Source of the DNA: a virus
Lineage: Duplodnaviria > Caudoviricetes
Direction: 5' to 3' (one strand)
IMG/VR virus record: IMGVR_UViG_3300032237_000364
Coordinates: 1-52,047 of that record
Length of the DNA: 52,047 nucleotides
Position numbers and translations under genes: made by a program. A model generated the notes under the pieces. It was not told the DNA's origin and did no database searches. It worked only from the letters and a program-made list of their open reading frames with translations. Positions 38,788 to 47,371 of the stretch are shown here, in pieces; position 1 is the stretch's first letter, and every line of letters starts with the position of its first letter.

Positions 38788-41250
38788 ATGGCAGAAAAAA
38801 TCGTTAGCCCAGGAGTGTTTACTAATGAAGTTGATTTGTCTTTCTTACCTCAAGCCGTTGCCGGTATAGGCGCCGCATTTATAGGTCCAACAGTTAAAGG
38901 ACCTGCATTTGTCCCAACACCAATTGGCTCATATGGTGATTTTGTTCAAATCTTCGGAGACACTGATCCAAACCTCTACCTTCCTTACACAGTTAAGGAA
39001 TATTTACAAAACGCTGGAAATGCAACAATCGTACGTATACTTCATGATGATGGATACAAAGTACAAGATCCACTTTACGTTGTAGCGACAGGTTCTTATG
39101 GGTCTCGTCACATCGGCACCATTTTCCCTTCTCAAGTAGTAGCTGATTCAGGGAATACATTTACAATTACAGGAGCGACTTCTATTTTCCAAGCTTCAAC
39201 AGTTTCTGCTACAGCATCAGGTTCAGCAGTTATCAAACTGTCTGGTTCATATGGAATCGATTCTTTCTTCAGTGGAATAAATGCTGGTACGGTAGGTACT
39301 TCATACTCTGCTTCTATTAATGCATCAAGTGCAAATTATCTTCCAAAGATATTTAACAAAGTACCGACTACTGCGACAAATGCTGGATATTTATTCGATT
39401 TCTTCGGAGTAGCAGCATCTGCTTCTTTAGCAGCTGACGCAAACACTAAAATTGCAATTTACTCAGGTTCATATATCGGAGATTCTACATATTCAGAAGC
39501 TATCACTCCATGGATTGTGTCTCAGACAGTTAGCAACACAAATGCTAATTTATTCCGTTTACGTACAATAGCAGACGGCTATAACAGCAACTGGGAAATC
39601 AAAGTAGCAATATCAAATATTGTGCCAGCAGGTTCTGTTCCAGGGTCAACTTACGGTTCATTCACTGTTACAATTCGCGCAGTAGATCAAACTTATTTAA
39701 GTGCATTAGGCTCTCCTTACACTTACACAGACTCTGATATGCGTCCAAACATATTGGAATCATTTACCAATGTAAACTTAGACCCGAATTCATCTAGATA
39801 CATTTGCCGAGTAATTGGTGATAGATATGAGACATTCGATACCACTACGGGCAAAGTTACTGTGTTTGGTAACTATGCTAATCAATCAAAATATGTATTC
39901 GTTGAAGTTGATGCAAACGTAGACAACGGAGTAATTGATGCATCTTTAGTACCATTTGGATTTGCAGCTTTATATAGCCCAGTCCCTAGCACTGTATCTG
40001 TACAAGCTCCTTCAGCTTCATTTGTTACAACACAACAAATTTCTGGAATTTACAACAAGAGAGTGTATTGGGGCTTTGATTTCAACTTCTCTGGAACAGA
40101 TAACATCAATTATCTATGTTCTACACCTAGCCCAGCAACTACAACGACTGGAAGCAATGCAACTTTCTTGCTTTCAAACTTTACACAGGATGCCGGCGCA
40201 TCTTATCCAACAGCAGCTACAGCATATTCAGGAGCAATTGACTTAACAACTAACACTTCGGTATATTCTCGTCAGTTTATAGTTCCTTTCCAAGGCGGTA
40301 CTGACGGTGCTCAACCATTTAAGAGAGCCGCATCAGGCGGAAACATTTCTGCTACAAATACACAAGGATATGATATTAGCACTTCATCAGCAAGAGATTA
40401 TTCAGTATATACAGCAGCAATTGGAACTATATCAAATCCAGATGAAATAGATATTAATATGCTTGTAATGCCAGGTGTTATACAAGGAACGCACAATGCT
40501 ATTATAGACTATGCTTCGCAAATGTGTTTGGATAGACAAGATACATTCTTTGTATTCGACTCTTGTTTGTTAACAGATAACATTTCCACAGTAAACACAA
40601 ATGTGGCTCAGTTAGATAACAACTATGCAGCTACTTACTACCCTTGGGTTAAGATAGTAGACGCTAATTTAAACAAACCAGTATGGGTACCACCAAGTGT
40701 TGTACTTCCGGGTGTGTTAGCTTTCAATGACAAGGTAGCTGCTGAATGGTATGCACCTGCTGGTTTAAACAGAGGTGGTCTGTCAATGGTAGTCGACGCT
40801 TATACTCGTTTAACTCACGCTGAAAGAGATACACTGTATGACGCACGTGTTAACCCAATCGCTACTTTCCCGGGTGTTGGTGTTGCAGTTTGGGGTCAGA
40901 AGACTCTTCAAGCTAAGCCCTCAGCATTGGATAGAGTTAACGTAAGAAGATTGTTAATCGCAGTTAAAAAATACATTGCTTCTGCAACTAGGTATTTGGT
41001 ATTTGAACAAAATACGGCAGCGACTCGTAATCGTTTCTTAAACATTGTTAATCCTTATTTGGAATCAGTACAACAAAGACAAGGTTTATATGCATTCAAA
41101 GTTGTAATGGATGATACGAACAACACTCCAGACGTAATTGATAGAAATATTATGTATGGGCAGCTTTTTCTACAGCCAACAAAAACGGCAGAATTTGTTG
41201 TGTTGGACTTCAACATTTTACCGACAGGAGCTGCATTCCCAGGCACATAA
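38788..41250 (+). CDS. gp18: Contractile tail sheath protein (gp18-like)
   Basis: SPGVFTNEVD, AATYYPW, WYAPAGLNRG, VNPI, WGQKTLQ, RVNVRRLL and FEQN motifs. Confidence 0.95.
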   Translation: MAEKIVSPGVFTNEVDLSFLPQAVAGIGAAFIGPTVKGPAFVPTPIGSYGDFVQIFGDTDPNLYLPYTVKEYLQNAGNATIVRILHDDGYKVQDPLYVVATGSYGSRHIGTIFPSQVVADSGNTFTITGATSIFQASTVSATASGSAVIKLSGSYGIDSFFSGINAGTVGTSYSASINASSANYLPKIFNKVPTTATNAGYLFDFFGVAASASLAADANTKIAIYSGSYIGDSTYSEAITPWIVSQTVSNTNANLFRLRTIADGYNSNWEIKVAISNIVPAGSVPGSTYGSFTVTIRAVDQTYLSALGSPYTYTDSDMRPNILESFTNVNLDPNSSRYICRVIGDRYETFDTTTGKVTVFGNYANQSKYVFVEVDANVDNGVIDASLVPFGFAALYSPVPSTVSVQAPSASFVTTQQISGIYNKRVYWGFDFNFSGTDNINYLCSTPSPATTTTGSNATFLLSNFTQDAGASYPTAATAYSGAIDLTTNTSVYSRQFIVPFQGGTDGAQPFKRAASGGNISATNTQGYDISTSSARDYSVYTAAIGTISNPDEIDINMLVMPGVIQGTHNAIIDYASQMCLDRQDTFFVFDSCLLTDNISTVNTNVAQLDNNYAATYYPWVKIVDANLNKPVWVPPSVVLPGVLAFNDKVAAEWYAPAGLNRGGLSMVVDAYTRLTHAERDTLYDARVNPIATFPGVGVAVWGQKTLQAKPSALDRVNVRRLLIAVKKYIASATRYLVFEQNTAATRNRFLNIVNPYLESVQQRQGLYAFKVVMDDTNNTPDVIDRNIMYGQLFLQPTKTAEFVVLDFNILPTGAAFPGT

Positions 41251-41281
41251 ACTTATTTAGTACTATAATTATTTTGAAATT

Positions 41282-41304
41282 AGGCAGAGAAATCTGCCTT
41301 TTTT
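41282..41304 (+). terminator. Rho-independent terminator after the sheath gene
   Basis: AGGCAGA-GAAA-TCTGCCT followed by a T-run. Confidence 0.8.
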
Positions 41305-41353
41305 CATGACTTGTTACATATATATTAGTAGGTAAAATAAATAATTTTCCGTT

Positions 41354-42343
41354 ATGAATGATGATGAATTAAAAAGTTTTATAAAAATCAATAAATGTAA
41401 TTTTACAAAACTATTGCGAACACATCACAATAAACTATATACAGATATCGATATGAATTATCCAGGGAAAGAATTTTCTGAGAAATTATATCGATATATT
41501 AAACGAGAAACTGATAGTATCGGTAAATGTATTATTTGTAACAACGATTGTGGATTTATAGGAATTAATCGAGGGTTTAATGTAGCATGCAGTTTTAAAT
41601 GCAGAGATGTAATACGTTTTAATAGCACAAGAAAAACTAAACAATGCTTAATTTGTAATAAGAGTTTTGATATATACTTAAAAGATAAAAGAAAATATTG
41701 TTCAGACAAATGTCGAATAATACAAAATAAATTAAATTCTAAAGAAAGAACTGCAAAATCTTATGAAAGTAATTTGCGTAACCATGGAGGTATACATGCA
41801 TGTTCTTTACCGGAGCATGTAATGAAGTCTAAATCTACTACTTTACAAAAGTATGGAAATGAAAATTACAGAAATATACAAAAATCTAAACGAACCCGAT
41901 TAGAAAGGTATGGAGATGAAAACTACTCGAACCCAGAAAAAGTTAAAGAAACATGTTTACAGCGTTACGGGGTAAAAAACATCTTCTTAAGTAAAAAAGC
42001 AAATGGAATTGGAATATCTAAACCACAACGTAAACTTTACGAGTTAATTAAAGAGCAGTATACAAATGCCGTACTAGAGTATCAAATTCCAGATTTAAAT
42101 ATATCCGCAGACATATACATCCCTGATAGAAATTTAATTGTGGAATTTTTCGGAGACTATTGGCATTGCAACCCAGCAAAGTATACAGACGACTATTGGC
42201 ACAAAGGAATGAAACGTACTGCTAGAGAAGTGAGATTAAAAGATGTTGACAGGATCAATAAAATCAAATCGCTAGGATATGATGTACAAATAATATGGGA
42301 GTCTGATTTCAAATCGAATGTATATACATTCCTAGGAGCTTAA
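41354..42343 (+). CDS. Putative homing endonuclease (zinc fingers, xYG repeats, Vsr/DUF559-like domain)
   Basis: CIIC..CSFKC, CLIC..YCSDKC, three (K/R)YG repeats, ADIYIP..IVEFFGDYWH..D..GY..IIWE. Confidence 0.8.
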   Translation: MNDDELKSFIKINKCNFTKLLRTHHNKLYTDIDMNYPGKEFSEKLYRYIKRETDSIGKCIICNNDCGFIGINRGFNVACSFKCRDVIRFNSTRKTKQCLICNKSFDIYLKDKRKYCSDKCRIIQNKLNSKERTAKSYESNLRNHGGIHACSLPEHVMKSKSTTLQKYGNENYRNIQKSKRTRLERYGDENYSNPEKVKETCLQRYGVKNIFLSKKANGIGISKPQRKLYELIKEQYTNAVLEYQIPDLNISADIYIPDRNLIVEFFGDYWHCNPAKYTDDYWHKGMKRTAREVRLKDVDRINKIKSLGYDVQIIWESDFKSNVYTFLGA

Positions 42344-42363
42344 TTGATTACACCATGAATACA

Positions 42364-42394
42364 GAAAGGAGTTAAGAAATTAACTCTTTTCTTT
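42364..42394 (+). terminator. Rho-independent terminator
   Basis: GAAAGGAGTTAA-GAAA-TTAACTCTTTTC. Confidence 0.75.
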
Positions 42395-42433
42395 TAATTC
42401 GATATTTATTTATAATAAAACATTATAATTGTT

Positions 42434-43000
42434 ATGAACAACCAACCATTGACACATTTAGCAACTCAAAGTCAACAAATTGCTGCAGACAGAATTGCAC
42501 AAGGCAAAAAAGAAATAATTCGGGACGCACGAAAAATATCTAGTATTGCTTCTGAATACAATTCCAGATTTCAAAGAGAAATTGAAGCAGGTACTCGTCA
42601 GCGTCAATTACTATTAGAACAACATCCAGGTGAAAAAGAAGAAGAAGTTTTAGAAAAATACGGTAAATTTCTTCCATCAAAAAGCACTCCAATTTTAAAC
42701 TTTTTATATTTCTTCATCAATGAAGGATATAACAGTGAAAGAGAATTGCTTCGAGAAGTGCAAGATAAAAAATACGGCACTTTATTTGAAGATGTAACAC
42801 ATTCAGATGCGGTTGTAGCACCACAACCAATGGAACAGTTCATATACGGAAACTGTACACACGCTACATTTCAAACTATTAAAAAGCTTAAGCGATTAGC
42901 AACCAGCATGAACAATGAAAATGAAGCAGCTGCAGCATACATTGCTTGTCAAAAATTATGTAAGAAATACTCTTTAGAGTTTGATAAAATACCCAATTGA
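42434..43000 (+). CDS. Hypothetical protein with C-terminal DUF2786-like helical motif
   Basis: IKKLKRLA..NENEAAAA..CQKLCKKYSL; promoter-like motif at 42403. Confidence 0.55.
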   Translation: MNNQPLTHLATQSQQIAADRIAQGKKEIIRDARKISSIASEYNSRFQREIEAGTRQRQLLLEQHPGEKEEEVLEKYGKFLPSKSTPILNFLYFFINEGYNSERELLREVQDKKYGTLFEDVTHSDAVVAPQPMEQFIYGNCTHATFQTIKKLKRLATSMNNENEAAAAYIACQKLCKKYSLEFDKIPN

Positions 43001-43008
43001 TATTAACA

Positions 43009-43040
43009 AATAGGAGTTAAGAAATTAACTCCTATTCTTT
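43009..43040. terminator. Likely bidirectional terminator between convergent genes
   Basis: AATAGGAGTTAA-GAAA-TTAACTCCTATT perfect 12-bp stem. Confidence 0.75.
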
Positions 43041-43538
43041 TGAAGTGTTGAGCAAAAATTGTATTGGTTCTGGCAAAACTAAATTAATATTTTTTGTATT
43101 ATTTTTTAATGATTGTATAATGTCGTTTTTAGCAAATTTATATAATTCTAAATCACGCAAAAATCTTTGTAATCCTAGCCAGCAAAAATCTGCAGGTAAT
43201 ATTGCTTTAGAGTCTATAAATCCATGTGGATATACTTGAGTGCAAACGACATTTTTGTTAATAACAAATGAAGATATTTCAGAACACCACTGTATAAAAT
43301 ATGGAATTCGAATTATACGATATCCAGCATTTACGTAATCAATATCCTTTTGCAAATCTTTCATACAGGTATTACTGTTCGTATAGTGTAAATATCCGTC
43401 AAATTCAATAATTAATTTCATCGACTCGATACGTATATCAGGCCTGTAGTTTAGAAATTTCTTATTATGTATGATTTGTTCATCTATCAATAAAGAAATT
43501 TCATTTAATAATTTTTCTTCTGTTAAATACGATTTCAT
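43032..43538 (-). CDS. DUF559/Vsr-like endonuclease; the only credible minus-strand gene
   Basis: YRPDIRIESMKLIIEFDGYLHY..D..KD..AGYRIIRIPY. Confidence 0.75.
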   Translation of the reverse strand: MKSYLTEEKLLNEISLLIDEQIIHNKKFLNYRPDIRIESMKLIIEFDGYLHYTNSNTCMKDLQKDIDYVNAGYRIIRIPYFIQWCSEISSFVINKNVVCTQVYPHGFIDSKAILPADFCWLGLQRFLRDLELYKFAKNDIIQSLKNNTKNINLVLPEPIQFLLNTSKE

Positions 43539-43631
43539 AATTAAATGTATGTATTTCTTTTGATAAAAACAAAGTTTTTAAAAAAATGTATATTTATTAA
43601 TAAAATAGATTATCATTAAACTACACATATC

Positions 43632-44120
43632 ATGGCAGAATTATTAGACCCAACCGAAATAATGTACACGGCGTTTGAACCAAAAGTTGCAAACCGATTC
43701 ATTATGTATATTGAAGGCATCCCAGCTTATTTAATCAAAGCTGCAAATCGCCCAGGCATTACTTTCGGCGATGTTGTTTTAGACCACATCAATGTAGAAA
43801 GAAAATTAAAAGGTAAAGGTCGTTGGAACGACGTTACCATCACTTTATACGATCCGGTAGTTCCGTCAGCTGCACAAGCTTGTATGGAATGGATTCGATT
43901 ATCACATGAGTCTGTTACAGGTCGTGATGGTTACTCTGACTTTTACAAAAAAGACATTACATTTAATGCTCTTGGTCCTATAGGTGACAAAGTTGAAGAA
44001 TGGACACTGAAAGGAGCTTATATTGGTGACTTGAACAATGGAGATTTTGACTGGAGTACGGAAGACGCGGTGAATATACAAGCGACGATTAAGTATGACT
44101 ATGCCATACTTCAATTTTGA
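43632..44120 (+). CDS. gp19: Tail tube protein (gp19-like)
   Basis: FEPKVANRF, W.DVTITLYDP, YKKD, EEWTLKGA and DYA motifs; downstream of the sheath gene. Confidence 0.88.
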   Translation: MAELLDPTEIMYTAFEPKVANRFIMYIEGIPAYLIKAANRPGITFGDVVLDHINVERKLKGKGRWNDVTITLYDPVVPSAAQACMEWIRLSHESVTGRDGYSDFYKKDITFNALGPIGDKVEEWTLKGAYIGDLNNGDFDWSTEDAVNIQATIKYDYAILQF

Positions 44121-44167
44121 TTTTTATCAATTAATTGTAAAAATACTTTATCAAATTTTATAGTTTC

Positions 44168-44207
44168 AAAAGAGTTCCTTATATTTATTATTATAAGGAA
44201 CTTTTTT
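44168..44207 (+). promoter_or_regulatory. 16-bp inverted repeat enclosing the ATATTTATT motif and abutting the endonuclease ATG
   Basis: AAAAGAGTTCCTTATA-tttattat-TATAAGGAACTTTTTT-ATG. Confidence 0.75.
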
Positions 44208-45065
44208 ATGTATATATGTACCGATTGTAAGAAAGAATTTGATTCTTTCAAAAAACTTCAAATACACAATTCAAAAATTCACAAAATACCTGCTGGAAAA
44301 TCTTATGTTGATGTTTACTTAAATGGAACATGGCCAGTGTGTAAATGTGGTTGTAATGAACTATTGCAATACTTTTCAGGAATTAAATTCGGCGAATACA
44401 TCAGAGGCCATGCTGCCAGAGTTAACGGAGGATTTTATTCTGAGGAAGGAGCTAAAAAGTCAGGGAAAACAAGAAAACAAAAGTTTGCATCAGGAGAACT
44501 TGAACAATGGAATAAAGGAAGAAAGCTGACTGAAGAAGAACTAATGAAATTTCAGGAAGTTGCTAAAGATCCACACCGTAGAAAGAAAATATCGGAAGGG
44601 TTGAAAGGAAAGCAGAAATCTCCAGAACATGTTGCAAAGATTACTGCTGACAGGAAAAAATATTGGGGTGACCAACTACATCGTGACGAGCAGAGAGCTC
44701 GAAGAGTAAAGTATATGACAACTCATCTAATCAAAACAGAATCAAAGCTAGAGAAAGAATTTAAAAATTTGTTATCAACATTAAATATTGAATATATATT
44801 TCAGTATGTAGTTGAAGATTATAACTATGATTTTTTTATTCCAAATAAAAATCTATTAATAGAGGTTGACGGAGATTGGTGGCACTGCAACCCAAAATTA
44901 AATATTACTCCAATTCACGACTCGCAAAAACATACTGTAGCACATGATAAAATAAAAAATGATGTTGCGATAAAAAATAATTATCAACTTCATCGATTCT
45001 GGGAAAACGATATTGTAAACAATCGATTTGAAGTTGTATCTAAACTAATGGAAATTTTAAAATGA
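44208..45065 (+). CDS. Putative homing endonuclease (C2H2 zinc finger, CKCGC, NUMOD3, DUF559-like)
   Basis: CTDC..H..H, CKCGC, KKISEGLKGK, YDFFIP..LIEVDGDWWH..D..K..RFWE. Confidence 0.8.
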   Translation: MYICTDCKKEFDSFKKLQIHNSKIHKIPAGKSYVDVYLNGTWPVCKCGCNELLQYFSGIKFGEYIRGHAARVNGGFYSEEGAKKSGKTRKQKFASGELEQWNKGRKLTEEELMKFQEVAKDPHRRKKISEGLKGKQKSPEHVAKITADRKKYWGDQLHRDEQRARRVKYMTTHLIKTESKLEKEFKNLLSTLNIEYIFQYVVEDYNYDFFIPNKNLLIEVDGDWWHCNPKLNITPIHDSQKHTVAHDKIKNDVAIKNNYQLHRFWENDIVNNRFEVVSKLMEILK

Positions 45066-45094
45066 TTGTATATTTATTATTAAAGTTCAGTTAA

Positions 45095-45721
45095 ATGAAA
45101 CTACAAGAATTAAAAAAGATAATACGTGAGGAAATTGCTTTACTTGAAAAATCTAGAACAGGGTTAACAGGCGCTGCGGAAAAAGATATCAATATTGCTT
45201 TGCGCGATGCGTATAAAGAAGATAATATAAATTATGGAGGTTGTGGAGCAATGGCCAAGCTGTTATATTATGCATGTAAAAAGTATTTAGGTATAACACC
45301 GAAAATTGTTGTAATTTTTACAACGTACAATGATCGTATAAGCTATGCTAAACATGTAAATTTAAACGAGTACGATTCAATCGGATCGCTTGTACATTCA
45401 GAGAAAATGTTTCTTTCACACGTTGTTATTCAAATACCAGGCACAAATGTATGTTTGGATTCTAACGGGTGGCACAGTTTAAATTGGTATTTGAATGAAT
45501 ATACCAAATACATTGTTCCTGCAGCAAAAGCATTTGCTTCTACAGCTGCCAACGACACCCTTGAAGTTTCTACATTATCTAAATGGTTGAATATATCCAT
45601 GGAATGGAATAGTACATTTAATCGATCTCGTATACCAGACTTGGCCAAGCATGTAGATGAAATAATGAAGAAGGTATCTGAAATGCCAGAGCTTCAATCA
45701 AAACTGAAATCTGTTAGTTAA
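45095..45721 (+). CDS. Hypothetical protein with MKLQELKKIIREEI leader and possible Cys-His-Asp triad
   Basis: GGCGAMA, SHVVIQ and CLDSNG. Confidence 0.55.
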   Translation: MKLQELKKIIREEIALLEKSRTGLTGAAEKDINIALRDAYKEDNINYGGCGAMAKLLYYACKKYLGITPKIVVIFTTYNDRISYAKHVNLNEYDSIGSLVHSEKMFLSHVVIQIPGTNVCLDSNGWHSLNWYLNEYTKYIVPAAKAFASTAANDTLEVSTLSKWLNISMEWNSTFNRSRIPDLAKHVDEIMKKVSEMPELQSKLKSVS

Positions 45722-45777
45722 TCAGAATGTTTTTTACCAATTAGATATTTATATTAAATAATAAAAACAAAAATAAA

Positions 45778-46441
45778 ATGAAACTACAAGAATTTCGTAA
45801 TTTAATACGCGAAGAAATCACTAAAGTATTAACAGAAGAACGTGATGAACAATTTGTTCAAAAAAAAAATACAACAATATATTAAAAATGGAAGTAAAGG
45901 AGATTTAGATTTTGCTAGTACTGATATTGAAAAACTTCCAAACAATTTAAAAATAGTTGTAGGAGATTTAAATCTTTCCGAAACCAATATTGAAACCCTT
46001 CCAGACAATTTAAAAGTTAAAGGAGATTTAAATCTTTACGGTTCCAATATTAAAATTCTTCCAAACAATTTAAAAGTTGGTGGAAGCTTAAATCTTTCCA
46101 ATACCAAAATTGAAAAACTTCCAAACAATTTAGAAGTTGTAGGAAGTTTAAATCTTAATAGTACCAATATTAAAATTCTTCCAGACAATTTAAAAGTTAA
46201 AGGAGATTTAAATCTTTACAATACCAAAATTGAAAAACTTCCAAACAATTTAGAAGTTGGTGGAGATTTAAATCTTTCCAATACCAATATTAAAATTCTT
46301 CCAAAAAATTTAAAAGTTAAAGGAGATTTATATCTTAACAACACTGAAATTTCAAAAAAATATTCTATAAAAGATATAAAAAACAATTATCCAGGAATTC
46401 TAGGATCAATATCTATTTATGAAAACAATGACACCAGATAA
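45778..46441 (+). pseudogene. Leader plus LRR-like repeat protein interrupted by a frameshift at an A10 run (45860-45869)
   Basis: ATG 45778 gives MKLQEFRNLIREEITKVLTEERDEQFVQKK and then stops at 45885; removing one A joins it to the 45842-46441 repeat ORF. Confidence 0.6.
45899..46345 (+). repeat. Tandem 60-nt (20-aa) LRR-like repeats, about 7.5 copies
   Basis: G(D/S)LNLxxT(N/K)IxxLP(N/D)NL(K/E)Vx units with 60-nt period from 45962; the first unit is 63 nt. Confidence 0.9.
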
Positions 46442-46787
46442 ATTCAAACAATTACTTAAAGAATTTGCACCTGAGCAAAAACTTCAAGAAGCTGATGTTA
46501 TTCCGGTAGGACCTGACGGAAAGCAAATTGAAGACGCGCAAGTAATTAAAAATTTAAACTTTGCACTTAAAGCAGTTTCATCTACTTTACGTCCGAAATT
46601 GATTGCGTTGATTACAGATCCGGAAGCGGCTAAAGAATTGCGTAATCCTGGGCAACGTACTGCTTTAATAGGCGCGGTGGCAGTAGCTTTTGGAATTACT
46701 GAAAAAGACTTCGGTCAGATAGTATCAAAAATAAAAAATGTTTTAAAACAAACATCGACTTCTTCAAATGAAAGTCCTGAAGCTTAA
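46419..46787 (+). CDS. Hypothetical protein
   Basis: 122 aa with KFKQLLKE..LQE leader. Confidence 0.55.
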   Translation: MKTMTPDKFKQLLKEFAPEQKLQEADVIPVGPDGKQIEDAQVIKNLNFALKAVSSTLRPKLIALITDPEAAKELRNPGQRTALIGAVAVAFGITEKDFGQIVSKIKNVLKQTSTSSNESPEA

Positions 46788-47280
46788 ACCTATAGCAGAG
46801 CAAATAATTCAAGAAGCGGGTACTTTAAATGTGACCTGGGGCGAGGTACGTGATTTATTTCTTCAAATACAACAAGAAAATAAAAATCGTAATTGGAAGA
46901 TTGTTTTGAGTACACTGAAAAATGTATTTAATTCCGAAGCAGCTCCTGATGCTATACAAAGTATAGCTGGTATATTAAATGATTATACCAGTTTGGAATC
47001 ATGGACAGAGCTTTCAAAAGCTGTAGTTGAAATTGCCTCGAAAATTTCCAGAGCAGAATTAGCAAATCCGTTCGCATTTAAAATTTCACAATTCAAAGGA
47101 CCTTTATGGGACAAGTTAAAATTGTCTCAGGAAATTTCTCAAATTCTGGATGATAAAATTGAAAAAGAATTCATTGAAAAAGAATTGATACCTACTTTAT
47201 CTAGACCTGGTACTGAAAATACACCATTTCCTAACATGGATGAACTTTTAGGTAAATGGTTAAATGATAAAAAGAATTAG
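46768..47280 (+). CDS. Hypothetical protein
   Basis: 170 aa with MKVLKLKPIAEQIIQE leader. Confidence 0.55.
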   Translation: MKVLKLKPIAEQIIQEAGTLNVTWGEVRDLFLQIQQENKNRNWKIVLSTLKNVFNSEAAPDAIQSIAGILNDYTSLESWTELSKAVVEIASKISRAELANPFAFKISQFKGPLWDKLKLSQEISQILDDKIEKEFIEKELIPTLSRPGTENTPFPNMDELLGKWLNDKKN

Positions 47281-47371
47281 AAAGAAACGCTGATATACAT
47301 TTCAAAGGAAAAAGTGGAGATTTATAACTGTTTTTTTTTCATACATATTTATTAATAAACAAACCAACGTT

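Noticed and set aside
45899-46345. Regular 60-nt repeats as a possible CRISPR array or DGR template/variable repeat pair
   Set aside because: The repeats are in-frame coding units without unique spacers; no cas or reverse transcriptase gene is in the window and no adenine-specific variation pattern is evident.
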